Of a stretch of DNA of 64,000 nucleotides, positions 36,943 through 48,137 are shown in pieces. The stretch lies in the IMG/VR virus record IMGVR_UViG_3300047094_001085, one strand, 5' to 3'. Numbering within the stretch: position 1 is the stretch's first letter; each line of letters begins with the position of its first letter. This DNA comes from an uncultured virus (IMG/VR IMGVR_UViG_3300047094_001085). Taxonomy: Duplodnaviria > Heunggongvirae > Uroviricota > Caudoviricetes. The position numbers were made by a program, and so were the translations under genes. The notes under the pieces are model-generated. The model did no database searches. It saw only the letters and a program-made list of their open reading frames with translations, and was not told the origin of the DNA.

Positions 36943-38094
36943 ATGAAAAATTTATTTGAAATATCGAGTGAAGAGAAAAATAGAATCTTAAATCTTCACG
37001 AGAATGCAACAAAAAAACAATACTTGATGTCGGAACAATCGTTTAACGAGATAGGTGGGGTTTCATCAACACAATCAACTTCAAAAACATCATTTCCAAA
37101 ACAAAATATAGGAAACCAATTTAAATTTGGTGAATATCAATCAAATACAGTTAAAAATGCGATTGCGTCATTAAAACCAAAAATAGAAGAATTTATTAAA
37201 AATAGTGGTGGTAAAAATTTTGTAGTTAACATTAGTGCTGGAGAATCAAATGTTACAAATCCAAAGGGGTTTGAAGAGAAAGGAAGTTTAGCCTTAGCGA
37301 GAGCAAATTCAGTTAAACAATATTTCCAAGAATTATTTCCTGAATTAATTAAAAATGGGACTTTAGTTATTAAAAACCCTGTAAATGTTAGTGAGGTTGT
37401 CATAGGTAAAACACCATACGACAAAACAAAAGGTGATAATAAAAATCCGGAAAAAATTAAACAATATAAAAAAGAACAATTTGTGACTTTTGATGTTCAA
37501 GGTTCTGGAGAAGTGGGAAATGTTAAAAGTATATGTGATTGGTCGGCAAGTATTACAGGTAAAACAGGGGATGCCGCAAAAAATTATATAACAGCAAACG
37601 ATAAATTACAAGGTAAAGGTTTATTAACATTTGATACTGGTAGTATTCCGGATAGAATGATTGTTAAAAACAAAAAAGGTGTTATTGTTCAAGATACCGG
37701 GTATGTCGCAACCGCACCTCATCAATATGGTGATTTTAAATATGTCCCATTATATGTTGCTGAATTAACTAAATTATATAAAACAGTCGCAGTTAGTGGT
37801 AATAAAATAGTTACTATCCAAGTTAAAAGTTTTGATGATTTAATGAAACAAATACTTAATTCGGGTGTAGCAATACCTGAAACACAACAACTTATAGATA
37901 TGAGTCAATCTGAGGTTTATAATGGTGTTCAACAATTACAAAAATTATATAGTAGAGGTGTTAGAGAATTTGTGATTTATAATATAAGTCCTTCATCAGT
38001 TATAACCCCGTTCGATAATAAAACGGGGGATTCTGATGTTATTGTTTATTCTCCGGTTGGTAAAACGGGTTATACATTAACGGGTAAATGTTAA
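36943..38094 (+). CDS. hypothetical virion protein
   Basis: 383 aa; N-terminal ISSEEKNRILNLHE; LALARANSVKQYF is reminiscent of an OmpA-C helix. Confidence 0.7.
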   Translation: MKNLFEISSEEKNRILNLHENATKKQYLMSEQSFNEIGGVSSTQSTSKTSFPKQNIGNQFKFGEYQSNTVKNAIASLKPKIEEFIKNSGGKNFVVNISAGESNVTNPKGFEEKGSLALARANSVKQYFQELFPELIKNGTLVIKNPVNVSEVVIGKTPYDKTKGDNKNPEKIKQYKKEQFVTFDVQGSGEVGNVKSICDWSASITGKTGDAAKNYITANDKLQGKGLLTFDTGSIPDRMIVKNKKGVIVQDTGYVATAPHQYGDFKYVPLYVAELTKLYKTVAVSGNKIVTIQVKSFDDLMKQILNSGVAIPETQQLIDMSQSEVYNGVQQLQKLYSRGVREFVIYNISPSSVITPFDNKTGDSDVIVYSPVGKTGYTLTGKC

Positions 38095-38345
38095 TCTTTT
38101 TTAACTTTTTCTTGTTTAATAATTTTATAAACTAAGTCACCATTTTTATCGGAGTAACCGATTGATGTTGTTATTACACCATTTAATCTTACCTCTTTAA
38201 TTGAACAGATTTTTACTTTATGAACTTTAGATAGTGAATCTAAATAGACGTTGGCTTCTTTGTCAACGTCTTTTGTTTTTGGTTTTGTTTGACCAAATGA
38301 TAATGTTCCAATAAATAATACGGATAGTAATAATAATTTTTTCAT
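38091..38345 (-). CDS. secreted small protein
   Basis: Bacteroidota-type signal peptide ending SFG-Q. Confidence 0.6.
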   Translation of the reverse strand: MKKLLLLSVLFIGTLSFGQTKPKTKDVDKEANVYLDSLSKVHKVKICSIKEVRLNGVITTSIGYSDKNGDLVYKIIKQEKVKKD

Positions 38346-38385
38346 AGTGTTTATGTTTTAGATTACAAATGTAATACTTTTTTAT

Positions 38386-38616
38386 TTATTCCACAACATT
38401 TTTTTCAACTTTATTTAAAGTTCTTATTGATTTTGAAATAATTTCAGATTCGCCCAATGAAAAGATTCCTGAATGGAATGCAAAACTAACTGCTTGTGTT
38501 AGGATATAGATTGATTGTTCTTTATCCATTGTTGATAGTAGGACATCTAAATGGTCTTCGTTATACAATGGGATTGTGTTAAATAGTTTTCCGAATAGTT
38601 CTTGTTGTTGTTCCAT
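38386..38616 (-). CDS. hypothetical protein
   Basis: 76-aa ORF. Confidence 0.6.
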   Translation of the reverse strand: MEQQQELFGKLFNTIPLYNEDHLDVLLSTMDKEQSIYILTQAVSFAFHSGIFSLGESEIISKSIRTLNKVEKNVVE

Positions 38617-38644
38617 AATTAAAATTTTGTATATTTATAAGTAT

Positions 38645-39346
38645 ATGGATAAAAATAACAAAAAACAAATTAAAGAGGCGACTAGTCATCGTGGGTCAGG
38701 ACAAGTTAGAGTTCCTTTAAGTCCGGGTGTTAGGTTGTTCAATAAAGAACAACTACAACCTTTTGTTGTTCCTACTTCAAAATATGATAGTGCGGAATTA
38801 TCGTTTGATAGTTATGATGGTGAAATGAGTACACCAAAATCTAAAATATCTAAAATAGAGAGAGAGTCAAGAAAAATGGCCAAATACGTAAAAAAACATC
38901 CTGAACAAAATGATGAGGAAGGTGGGGTATTAAATCAAACTCCCGGTAAAGGTAAGAAAATTGTTCCTATTGATGAAAACACCACTTCTGTTAGTGCCGG
39001 AGAATACAATGGTCCTATTGAATTAGGATTAAGAAAATGGATTAAATCTGAATTAGACCCATTTGTTAATACCCTTGAATCTGAATTTAATAATAAAAGT
39101 AAAAGTAAAACATTAAAAGGTAATAGGGACACCGTTGTTGGTATGTGGGAAAAAGGTGTTGATGGTACATATCACATTGATACATACGATGTTAATACGG
39201 TTAATGAATGGATTGAGATAACCAAAGACACCCTTATAGAAGATGTTGTCCCAAATGAACTAAAAATCCCCTCAAAAAATGAATCATTAAGAAATATAAT
39301 TAAAAAAGTATTAAAAGAAGAATTTAAAAAAACCCTTACTCGATAG
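38645..39346 (+). CDS. hypothetical virion protein
   Basis: ATG 38645 just after TATTTAT; IKE/IDE motifs. Confidence 0.7.
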   Translation: MDKNNKKQIKEATSHRGSGQVRVPLSPGVRLFNKEQLQPFVVPTSKYDSAELSFDSYDGEMSTPKSKISKIERESRKMAKYVKKHPEQNDEEGGVLNQTPGKGKKIVPIDENTTSVSAGEYNGPIELGLRKWIKSELDPFVNTLESEFNNKSKSKTLKGNRDTVVGMWEKGVDGTYHIDTYDVNTVNEWIEITKDTLIEDVVPNELKIPSKNESLRNIIKKVLKEEFKKTLTR

Positions 39347-39779
39347 TAGGGGTTTTTGATTTAAGTAAAATTTTATTCTTTAATTTTGATAATGAATGTT
39401 CAACTTGTGATTTCATTTGGTCAATTCTTCTCATACGATTTTCTTGTACCCTATTATCGAACATTCTAACCATTTTCTTCCAATCTCTATCGGTCATGGA
39501 AATGTTACTATAATAACAAACGTGATTAATGATTGTTATTTTTTTATCATCTAATACTACAAACACTCCCAATTTTTTATTTTCAATAATTCTGTGTGAA
39601 GATAGTGGTGCAATTTCATAGATAGAACTTGGATGTTTTAATGTATTACGAAAAATAAACATACAATCTTTCATATCCGCTAACTTACCAGGGTCAACAA
39701 CATCATAAATTATTTGGAACTCCAATAATTTTTTTCTAACGGCTCTACGTTTTAATTTTCGTTTTATGTATTTTATCAT
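39336..39779 (-). CDS. hypothetical protein
   Basis: 147-aa ORF with TATCTTTG upstream. Confidence 0.65.
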   Translation of the reverse strand: MIKYIKRKLKRRAVRKKLLEFQIIYDVVDPGKLADMKDCMFIFRNTLKHPSSIYEIAPLSSHRIIENKKLGVFVVLDDKKITIINHVCYYSNISMTDRDWKKMVRMFDNRVQENRMRRIDQMKSQVEHSLSKLKNKILLKSKTPTIE

Positions 39780-39887
39780 CTTAATAATTTTAACACGACA
39801 AAGATACGCAAATTTTTTAAATAACCAAAAATAATAAGAAATATTATCTATAAAATAAAACCCCCAATTAATGGGGGTTTTTTATTT

Positions 39888-40565
39888 TTAACAATATGGT
39901 GATGAACACCTTTTATTTCCGTCTAATCCGGGTTTAGTTCCTTTACACACTTGTACAGCGTACCCGTTTGCGTAAGCTGAAGGGTAAACTTTAAATTTTG
40001 ATTTAGCGGCCGCTTTACCACGAGCACATAATTTAGTACCGGGTTTCTTTTTACCTTCAGAAACTACCTCATCATTACTTTGACGTTTTGCTTTATCTAA
40101 ATAATCATAAACTTTGTCTCCGTACATTTGATAAATTTTCTTAATGAACTGAGCAGGGCTCTTTCTAATATATCTAATAACATCGTTAGGAATATACTGT
40201 CCGTATTTATCACCAAACAATGACTTTACTTGACGTTCTCTGTCACTTGTAGGTCTTTCAGTGTCTGAAGAATAATCTTGTTCTAAAACAGTTATATTGT
40301 CTTCATTTTTAGTTTCATTCATCATAAAATCAAAAACTTGGTCAAGGCTTTCTTTTGCGGTCGATACGTGGTCTTGAGCCCAATCGTGCCCACCATCTAA
40401 AACACTTTCAACAGTGTTTTTATTTAATTCTAATAACAAACCTGTTTGTCTATGAATTTGTTCTAAATTACTAAAAAACATATATCTTTCACTATCTTGT
40501 TCAGACATAATTCGTTTAACTAATTCAGTTAATTTAGATTCTGATAATTTAACCACTCTTTTCAT
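39888..40565 (-). CDS. hypothetical virion protein
   Basis: N-terminal KLSESKLTELVKRI; C-terminal KFKVYPSAYANG module. Confidence 0.75.
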   Translation of the reverse strand: MKRVVKLSESKLTELVKRIMSEQDSERYMFFSNLEQIHRQTGLLLELNKNTVESVLDGGHDWAQDHVSTAKESLDQVFDFMMNETKNEDNITVLEQDYSSDTERPTSDRERQVKSLFGDKYGQYIPNDVIRYIRKSPAQFIKKIYQMYGDKVYDYLDKAKRQSNDEVVSEGKKKPGTKLCARGKAAAKSKFKVYPSAYANGYAVQVCKGTKPGLDGNKRCSSPYC

Positions 40566-40569
40566 ATTA

Positions 40570-40947
40570 TTATGCGTTTAATCCATTACCACCAATTGTG
40601 ATGGCGTTTAATTGTACGATAGCTTGATTTTGTCCATTTGTGTAAACCGGATGTGGTGGGACAATAGTAAACGTTCCTCCACTACAATTGTCTTCACATA
40701 CTAATCCTCCATTACCACCATTATTAGCAATAATTGGTTCAGCACATTCATCACAAGTGTCAAATGGTCCGGCAAGTATCATTGAATTTGCGTAAAATGA
40801 TACGGTATCACCTGAAGTTAATGATACACATTCACCTGTTGGTAATTGATAAAATTTACTTTCGTCAAATCCTACATTACCTGGTAAAATAATTAATTGT
40901 GAATCTCCTCCACAAGTTGTTGCTGTTACGTTAACATTATATGCCAT
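40570..40947 (-). CDS. small Cys-rich structural protein
   Basis: 125 aa; GPFDTCDEC; late motif upstream. Confidence 0.65.
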   Translation of the reverse strand: MAYNVNVTATTCGGDSQLIILPGNVGFDESKFYQLPTGECVSLTSGDTVSFYANSMILAGPFDTCDECAEPIIANNGGNGGLVCEDNCSGGTFTIVPPHPVYTNGQNQAIVQLNAITIGGNGLNA

Positions 40948-40969
40948 AGTTTTTTTATTTATAAATATC

Positions 40970-42448
40970 TTATAATTGCAAATACTTTGTATTTACAACT
41001 TGAAATTTAATTTGTCGTTTATATGTATTTATTTCACCACTACTTATTACTTGTATATCTATAAAATATTCATTTGGTATTTTGTCTCTACTATCAAATA
41101 TAAAGTAGTATTCGTTAGGTGTTCTATTAATTTTTGTCCATCCTTGAACTTGTACTTCTGTTGTCCCCTCCTTAACATAAATTCTATATGAAGCGTCCAC
41201 GTTTAATAATAAATTTTGAGTGGTGTAAGCTTGTTTAATAATCACACCTACTTTACGAGTATCCGTATTTACAATTTGTTCGTCTTGTTTTAATCCGTAA
41301 AAATCAAATCCGTATAATAATGGGTTTGCCGATACAACCCCCATTTGGATTGCGTTTTTAAATGGTTGTAATGTAAAATCATTTAATACCTGTGGAAGTG
41401 GGAAGTTATTATAACTTATGTTGTACCATCTATCAGAGAATGTACAAGGGGTTTGATACCCCATAAGAGGTGGTATAACAACCTCATAAACTCCTCGTGT
41501 TCTTTGACACGTTGTTAATCCGGATAGTCCCGGAATTACATCACCCATCATATCTAATATATCTACATTTGGTGGGTAATCTAAATTTATTGGGTTACCG
41601 TTATCAAATAGGTATAAATATAATTTGTTAACTTTACCTAAAGTAAATTGATTTCTATCGTCTTCAATTAAATCATTGTAACTTGTTTCAAGATATGGTT
41701 CGTAGAATGTTTGTGTATGACGAGTAAAAAATTGTACTTCGTAATTATCAGTAAGACCTGTAAGATTTTCAACTTGAGGTTTGTAAGCAATTCCCCATCC
41801 AGATACATTAGGTATTGTACCATTTAGAACACCATTAATTTCTGCCGTCATATCGAAAGCAATATTTTCATTACCAAATTCAAAATGTTGTGTATCCACA
41901 ATGGTAATTCCACTAAAAGGAATTGGTCCTAAATTTCTATTATCATAAATCCCCGGTTGTTGCCAAACACCAATTGTGGTTGTTTGAAACCAATTTGACG
42001 GTCTATTTGAAAAGTTTTTATCTGATTCACTATATTGATAAATTAAATCCGCAAAATCATATCCAACACCTTCATCCCAAAGTTGAGGTGTTGATGGATT
42101 ATTATTTAAATAAGGAATTCTAAATAAGATTAAATCAAATGAAGTGGCTCTCATTCTCATTTGAGATGTTAGAGTGTTTAATAGTTCAGCATCAAAAGTA
42201 GACGTATTTGTCATTCTTAAAGTATGCGTCATATTGTCTGTACACCCTGTAGTTATAGTTCCATTAAAAATTAGTTGTTTTAATAAAGTTAAATCTAAAT
42301 CAAAAATAAAACGACTATAGTTATTTGGGTATTGAGTAGTTGCAACATTACCATAGAATAGTTCCATTACAGGGTTTCTACCTGTATTAGTGAAGCTATT
42401 TGATATTAGGGTATTGTTCTTGCTGAAATATGAATTAATTATTGACAT
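40970..42448 (-). CDS. putative structural (baseplate/tail) protein
   Basis: beta-rich 492 aa; WDEG.G motif; late motif upstream. Confidence 0.65.
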   Translation of the reverse strand: MSIINSYFSKNNTLISNSFTNTGRNPVMELFYGNVATTQYPNNYSRFIFDLDLTLLKQLIFNGTITTGCTDNMTHTLRMTNTSTFDAELLNTLTSQMRMRATSFDLILFRIPYLNNNPSTPQLWDEGVGYDFADLIYQYSESDKNFSNRPSNWFQTTTIGVWQQPGIYDNRNLGPIPFSGITIVDTQHFEFGNENIAFDMTAEINGVLNGTIPNVSGWGIAYKPQVENLTGLTDNYEVQFFTRHTQTFYEPYLETSYNDLIEDDRNQFTLGKVNKLYLYLFDNGNPINLDYPPNVDILDMMGDVIPGLSGLTTCQRTRGVYEVVIPPLMGYQTPCTFSDRWYNISYNNFPLPQVLNDFTLQPFKNAIQMGVVSANPLLYGFDFYGLKQDEQIVNTDTRKVGVIIKQAYTTQNLLLNVDASYRIYVKEGTTEVQVQGWTKINRTPNEYYFIFDSRDKIPNEYFIDIQVISSGEINTYKRQIKFQVVNTKYLQL

Positions 42449-42470
42449 GAATATGTTTTACATATAAATA

Positions 42471-44036
42471 TCAATTAATTCTAATATTTTGATTTAAGAT
42501 GGTATTTTCTGCATCTGCAAGGATTGCGTTGATTTCTGCGGATGTTTGTCCGTTACCTGCAGCGACCGGAACAGGTGCCATTGTGGCCACCGGATGAACG
42601 TGTCCGGTAACAAATGAAAATATTTTTCTAAGCAACGCCATTAACTCATCTCCTCTAACAACAGGGTATGTTTGATTAAGAATACTATTTTCATCCCCAA
42701 TAAATTTATCTTGAGGTATTCCGTATAAAGTTTGACTTAATGATATTTTACCTTTAGGACCTGCCGAATCTTGAGATAAGAAATACATACGTTGAGAACC
42801 CATAATACTATAAGTAATATCTGCTGGAATAAACTCTGTCGGTATAACTATTTCTTCTTTTAAATCGGCTTGTGGACCAAGAATTGGTTTACCTGATTTA
42901 TTTTCCCAAACTAAAAACCATCCTTTGTATTTTTTACTTGCAGGGTCTAATGTTATCTTATCATAAAATCTTACATAATTAACGTATTCAGCAACTTCAC
43001 TAACAAGGTCGTTAGGTGAAAACTTATTACCTGTTGTATATGTTAATTTTGATGGTGTAACAACCAATGGGAATGTTACGTTTGGTGCAAAATTTTGGGG
43101 GTTATTAACTGTGTAACCTGATATATTAATGAATCCACTAAACACACCTTGTACAAAATTATTAATAATACTTGATGCTTCATCAAAGGTTTTACTATTA
43201 AATTTTATTTCCTCTAATGGTGAACCATAATTTGTTCCAACGGATAATTGTGTGATAGTATCTGATTTAAAATTTGTACTATTTACACTAACACTTGGAA
43301 TTACATTATATAAACCAACAGAACCATTGAATGCACCTTGAAGATTTTCTAAATTATCAATGTTCCATATAATCATTTTTTTAACAACTTTTACCTGTTC
43401 AACTAATCTTGTAATACCTTCAGGGTCTTTAGTTACTTTCTGTTGTGTAAAATTAGATAACTGAAGGAACGCTCTATTAACATTACCTAAAGGTAGTTGG
43501 TCTTTTACTAATCGTTTAGTTTTACCGGCTCTAATTAATACTTCATTTTCTTTAACCACCACATCGGCACTTCCTCTACCTAACAAAGCGTTATCACCTG
43601 GTTCAGGAAATACTCCAACACTACCTTGATTTCTATAAGCCCCTACTTGGTTTTTAATTGAGATACCTTGAGCGATTCTATCACCTGATGCTAAGAATTT
43701 TTTAGCACCTTGATAATTCTCAAACGGACTTATCATTGGGGATGAAAAAGGTCCTTGAACATAAAATTGATTAGTAAACGGAAAATCTTTATTAGAATAA
43801 ATTATATGAACATATTCATCTTTAAGAGGTACTTGACTAACGTAAAACGGTAATAATGATAAACAAATTAAAGGGTCTCTTGATGTCCAAGGGTCAGTTT
43901 CTTCATTCCAATTTGGGATTGACGCTATTATATCTTGATAATTTTTAGTTTCAGGTATAACACGAAGCCTCCCTAACATCATAGGGTCTTGATTATTAAG
44001 TACTATTCCGGGAAAAATTATTTGATTACTGACCAT
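42471..44036 (-). CDS. baseplate hub/spike protein (gp5 OB-fold-like)
   Basis: [16 protein letters not shown]-terminal OB motif; C-terminal HVH. Confidence 0.65.
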   Translation of the reverse strand: MVSNQIIFPGIVLNNQDPMMLGRLRVIPETKNYQDIIASIPNWNEETDPWTSRDPLICLSLLPFYVSQVPLKDEYVHIIYSNKDFPFTNQFYVQGPFSSPMISPFENYQGAKKFLASGDRIAQGISIKNQVGAYRNQGSVGVFPEPGDNALLGRGSADVVVKENEVLIRAGKTKRLVKDQLPLGNVNRAFLQLSNFTQQKVTKDPEGITRLVEQVKVVKKMIIWNIDNLENLQGAFNGSVGLYNVIPSVSVNSTNFKSDTITQLSVGTNYGSPLEEIKFNSKTFDEASSIINNFVQGVFSGFINISGYTVNNPQNFAPNVTFPLVVTPSKLTYTTGNKFSPNDLVSEVAEYVNYVRFYDKITLDPASKKYKGWFLVWENKSGKPILGPQADLKEEIVIPTEFIPADITYSIMGSQRMYFLSQDSAGPKGKISLSQTLYGIPQDKFIGDENSILNQTYPVVRGDELMALLRKIFSFVTGHVHPVATMAPVPVAAGNGQTSAEINAILADAENTILNQNIRIN

Positions 44037-44247
44037 TTTTCTTTGTTCTTGATTGATATTCTTTTAAAATAGTATTATACGTTAATTCTAATTTATCTAA
44101 ATGATGAGTTAATTTTATTAACGATTCTTTAGTTAACGTAAAATCTTCTTGAATAAAATCCATAGCAAATGATAAATCTTTGTTTGATGAATTTTTATAA
44201 TCTTTAATTATATTTTTTGTTTTTTCGGATTTTTCAATATTAGTCAT
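44026..44247 (-). CDS. hypothetical protein
   Basis: 73-aa coupled ORF. Confidence 0.65.
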   Translation of the reverse strand: MTNIEKSEKTKNIIKDYKNSSNKDLSFAMDFIQEDFTLTKESLIKLTHHLDKLELTYNTILKEYQSRTKKNGQ

Positions 44248-44249
44248 AA

Positions 44250-46166
44250 TTATAATTTTTTACCAAAAGCACTTGATGGTACTGTTAAACCAGCTGGGGT
44301 TATGGTTAATGGACCAATGGCCATTTGAACCTTATTATTGTCAGAATCTTCTCTCGCCATAGCTTTCATTTGTCCAAATTTACCTAAAACATCTAAATTA
44401 GGACTACCATCAGGTAATGCTCCCGTTGGAACACCTATTTTTTGTAACTCTTCAATTGCTCCAACAAACGCTCTTGATTCTGAATACCCATCTAATAGTT
44501 GTGATGCGAATAATAATGGTAAAGGGATTTGACCACCAAAACCTAAACTACTAGTTATTAAATCTAACAGAGCTAATAATTCATCCACAACACTTTTACA
44601 CTTCCTCCAATCACTTATAAAAGACGCAACAATTAACAATAACTGAATAAGTTTTAGAATCATTGAAATTCTTTTATCAATTTTTTCCCTAACAATATCA
44701 CTAATCACTCTTTGAATTAATAATAAGATATCTCTTTTAATTAATTCAAATAATTCTTGAACAAATAATGCACCTATTTTTGAAATAAAATTTATTGCGA
44801 ATCTTTTAAATTGTTTTGCAAAATCAACCAACCCTTTTATTGCATCTGTCGTTTCTTGACCTATTGCTTTTAACATTACGTATATTGGTAATAATACTTT
44901 AGGTGTCAAAAACGCTCCGGCAATACCTTGAGCAATTAATTTAATAAAATTTAAATTTAACGCGGCTTGAGCGTTGGTTTGAATACCCGCACCCCATTGA
45001 GGATTATCTGCGAGTACTTGCGTTAAATTATCTGCAGCATTTATGAAATCGCTATTATTGTCAATTAAATTTAAATTATTAATTTGAGCAATAACTGCGG
45101 GAAAATCAACCGGTAATAATATATTATCACACTCTTCTAATTCTATTACTTTATTTTTAATATTAGTAACTCTTTGGTCTACCTTTCTTAAATCAATGTC
45201 GGTAAATTCAAAAAATGTTTCATCTACACCATCAAGTTCAGGTACTTTGGCAATACCACTAACATCTATTTCACTTCTATTATCAAAGCATAATCCAAGA
45301 ATTCGTTGAATTAAAATATCAAATTTACTTTGGTCTTCAACTTGTCCTACACCAGCACTGGCGTTCATTGATACTACACCACTTAATGATTCCATAATTG
45401 ATGCCATCATATTAGTTGGTTCAGTAATTCTAACTGTTTTGTAATAATCAACTAAAAATGTGCCAACTTTATTAACACCATTAACTCTGTTAGATAAATC
45501 AACTTTAAACCAAGGACCGGTTTCACCGGTATCTGGTCTTGATTCAAGGTATTGAATATCAAATAAATCTTGACCTGATTGTCCTATATAATTTTGACCA
45601 TTATCCGCGGAATATGGTTGACCCGTTTGAATTAACCTATATAATTCTTTATTCATAGAAAATGGATAATCTTGAACTAATATTGGGTCTTTTTCATATA
45701 AAGGTTTACCTTCAGTTTTTGGGTCTAAAGTTAGAATGTTTAATAAATCTATCGATTTAACTTTAATATAATAAGTAGAGCCTCCGTTATATGCCTGTTG
45801 CTGGTCACAACCTACAGCATTTATAGATTCTTCTAACGCTATTTGAGAAAGTTTAGGTTCAATATTTTTAAGAGCGGTGATTAATAATCTTTTAATATAA
45901 CTTGGAGAACCACTCCCTACTCCTCCGGTAGTGTTTGCTAAATCTAAAAGTTGTTCAAATTGATTTTTTATTTCTTTTTGATAACGTTTAGTTTGTTCCT
46001 TGATTTTACCAAGTTGACCTGTTACAGCAGCTTTTTTTTGTTCAAAAGTTTCGCCCGCTTGTCTTCTAGTATCATCATATTGAGTTTTTAACTCATTATA
46101 ATTTCTGGTAGCAGTAACCTTGTCTTGTATTTTTTTATAATCAACACCTAAATCTAATGACGCCAT
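44250..46166 (-). CDS. putative structural protein
   Basis: 638-aa ORF in a late operon. Confidence 0.7.
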   Translation of the reverse strand: MASLDLGVDYKKIQDKVTATRNYNELKTQYDDTRRQAGETFEQKKAAVTGQLGKIKEQTKRYQKEIKNQFEQLLDLANTTGGVGSGSPSYIKRLLITALKNIEPKLSQIALEESINAVGCDQQQAYNGGSTYYIKVKSIDLLNILTLDPKTEGKPLYEKDPILVQDYPFSMNKELYRLIQTGQPYSADNGQNYIGQSGQDLFDIQYLESRPDTGETGPWFKVDLSNRVNGVNKVGTFLVDYYKTVRITEPTNMMASIMESLSGVVSMNASAGVGQVEDQSKFDILIQRILGLCFDNRSEIDVSGIAKVPELDGVDETFFEFTDIDLRKVDQRVTNIKNKVIELEECDNILLPVDFPAVIAQINNLNLIDNNSDFINAADNLTQVLADNPQWGAGIQTNAQAALNLNFIKLIAQGIAGAFLTPKVLLPIYVMLKAIGQETTDAIKGLVDFAKQFKRFAINFISKIGALFVQELFELIKRDILLLIQRVISDIVREKIDKRISMILKLIQLLLIVASFISDWRKCKSVVDELLALLDLITSSLGFGGQIPLPLLFASQLLDGYSESRAFVGAIEELQKIGVPTGALPDGSPNLDVLGKFGQMKAMAREDSDNNKVQMAIGPLTITPAGLTVPSSAFGKKL

Positions 46167-46172
46167 AACAAA

Positions 46173-46553
46173 TTATTTTTTCATTTTATAAGAACCCTCT
46201 GATTTAGATGCGTCTTTTTCGATTAGAGTTTTTAACATTGCGTCGTCAACACCTAAATCAGTAATAGAAAATCCTCCACCATCATCATTGTTGTTTGTTT
46301 TTTCCCACATACTTGATTGTAATTTAGATAGGGTTAATTTTTTTTCAACACAATCATTAATAATTTTTTGTTGTTTTTCAATAACCGGACCAATTAAAGT
46401 CATGTCTTCAGGTTCTTTCATCATTGTTAACATTTTGTTTTGAATTCTAATAGCCGTACTTCTTTGTTCCACAAGTTCATTGTAGATTTCCTGCATCAAT
46501 GATAACATTGATTCTTTACTTAAATTAATTTCTTTTTTTGTCGGTCTTGCCAT
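46173..46553 (-). CDS. coiled-coil hypothetical protein
   Basis: 126-aa ORF with late motif upstream. Confidence 0.7.
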   Translation of the reverse strand: MARPTKKEINLSKESMLSLMQEIYNELVEQRSTAIRIQNKMLTMMKEPEDMTLIGPVIEKQQKIINDCVEKKLTLSKLQSSMWEKTNNNDDGGGFSITDLGVDDAMLKTLIEKDASKSEGSYKMKK

Positions 46554-46580
46554 AATTATAAATATTTAATTTATTATTTT

Positions 46581-47330
46581 TTAGTTAACCATCTGTTGAA
46601 TTAATGTGTAATACATATTTTTGTATTTTCTCATTGAACCCCTAATTTCTTTAGTTGAAAGATTGGTCATTTCTCTTAAAGACAATAAAATAATATTTTT
46701 ATTAAACTTGTTATTATCGTTACCAATAAATATTGAGTCATAATTTTCAAAAATGTCGTAAAGAGCGTGACCTAACTTTATTTCATTTTCTGATAGATTT
46801 TCTTCTTTGATAAATCTGTCTAATTCAATTAAAAAGTGTTTAATTACTTTTTCAGAATCTAGTCCGTCATTTTCTATGTAATAGGCAAAGTTTTCATTAT
46901 TTTCCAAATTAGTTGAAATATCTTCATAAGATATTTTTCTATTTGTTTCTTTTTGGTCTTTAATAATTTGACCCATTAAATAGTTTTTACATATTGTACC
47001 AAAATAAGAATAAGCCTTCTTTTCACGAGAAGGTTTAAACTTATCTATTTTAGTCATTAAAAACGAGTGAGTGTCTACATGTATCTCCGTAAAGTCCATG
47101 TCTTTTCTATATAATTTGTATCTTCGTATGATTGAAGATATCATTTTGTCTAAAGGTTTTTTTAAAAACTCATTGTATATTTTATTTTTTTCTTCGTAAG
47201 ACGTGGACTCTAAAAATCGTATTACAGCCATTTCTTCTCGAACATCAAAATAATTTAATTGGGTTGGTTTTCTACCTTTCTTTTTTAACTCAACATTTGT
47301 ATCCCCTGTTAAATTAATATTTTCAGTCAT
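46581..47330 (-). CDS. late-transcription sigma factor (T4 gp55-like)
   Basis: NYF near the N-terminus; region-2-like KIDKFKPSREKKAYSYFGTICKN. Confidence 0.65.
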   Translation of the reverse strand: MTENINLTGDTNVELKKKGRKPTQLNYFDVREEMAVIRFLESTSYEEKNKIYNEFLKKPLDKMISSIIRRYKLYRKDMDFTEIHVDTHSFLMTKIDKFKPSREKKAYSYFGTICKNYLMGQIIKDQKETNRKISYEDISTNLENNENFAYYIENDGLDSEKVIKHFLIELDRFIKEENLSENEIKLGHALYDIFENYDSIFIGNDNNKFNKNIILLSLREMTNLSTKEIRGSMRKYKNMYYTLIQQMVN

Positions 47331-48136
47331 TAAACTTCTTGAGATTCAAATTTTATCGCTCTGTCATTAATGAAAAAATATTCTTTTTTAGCCGATTCAA
47401 TCCAAAATTTAACTTCTTCCGGAGTTAAGACATCTCTACCATTTTTGTAATTCCAAAAGATTGAGCCATCTCTTAAATTAGTGTGTTTATAACCAATTCT
47501 TGGGATAGACATGATGTTAATTGAATTATGTGTTAATCGTAAAAATAACTCATATCCAAACGTTAATTTAAACGATGGTTTAATTAATCCGTAATCAACA
47601 AATTTTGATTTTTTGATTACCATTCCTGATGATTGGAAGTTTTGATAATCTAATAAAGTTTCATGAGTTAATATACCCATTTCCGGAGTAAAGTTTGCCG
47701 CGAAAGTTGCTTCATTAGTAAACCCGGCAAATTTACCTTGTTGGTCTGTATCAACAACGATTGGTAAAAACGCATCCATATTAGGATATGCTTTTGCGTA
47801 GATGTCAACATTCTTAAACCATATGTTAGAATATTCATCATCAAATTCAAATAATGAAACCCATTCAGATTTTGAATTTCTAACACCGTGATTAACTTGT
47901 GCCGCGTAATTAGGTTCTTTTTCCCATTCTAATTTAACAACATTTAAGTCACCAAAATCGTAATCTTTTAAAAGTTCAACTAAAGGTATTTCATTTGTGT
48001 GAACAATAACTAATTCATTAATTTTTAATTTTTGATTATTTAATGATTCAATACATTTCTTAAAGTAATCTTCAAAAAATGGTGCGGTCGCCGATTTAAT
48101 CGGTAATATAACTGATACGTCAAAGTAATTTTCCAT
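47330..48136 (-). CDS. glycosyltransferase family 2
   Basis: VSVILPI, NHGV..S..EWV and FDD motifs. Confidence 0.75.
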   Translation of the reverse strand: MENYFDVSVILPIKSATAPFFEDYFKKCIESLNNQKLKINELVIVHTNEIPLVELLKDYDFGDLNVVKLEWEKEPNYAAQVNHGVRNSKSEWVSLFEFDDEYSNIWFKNVDIYAKAYPNMDAFLPIVVDTDQQGKFAGFTNEATFAANFTPEMGILTHETLLDYQNFQSSGMVIKKSKFVDYGLIKPSFKLTFGYELFLRLTHNSINIMSIPRIGYKHTNLRDGSIFWNYKNGRDVLTPEEVKFWIESAKKEYFFINDRAIKFESQEV

Positions 48137-48137
48137 A

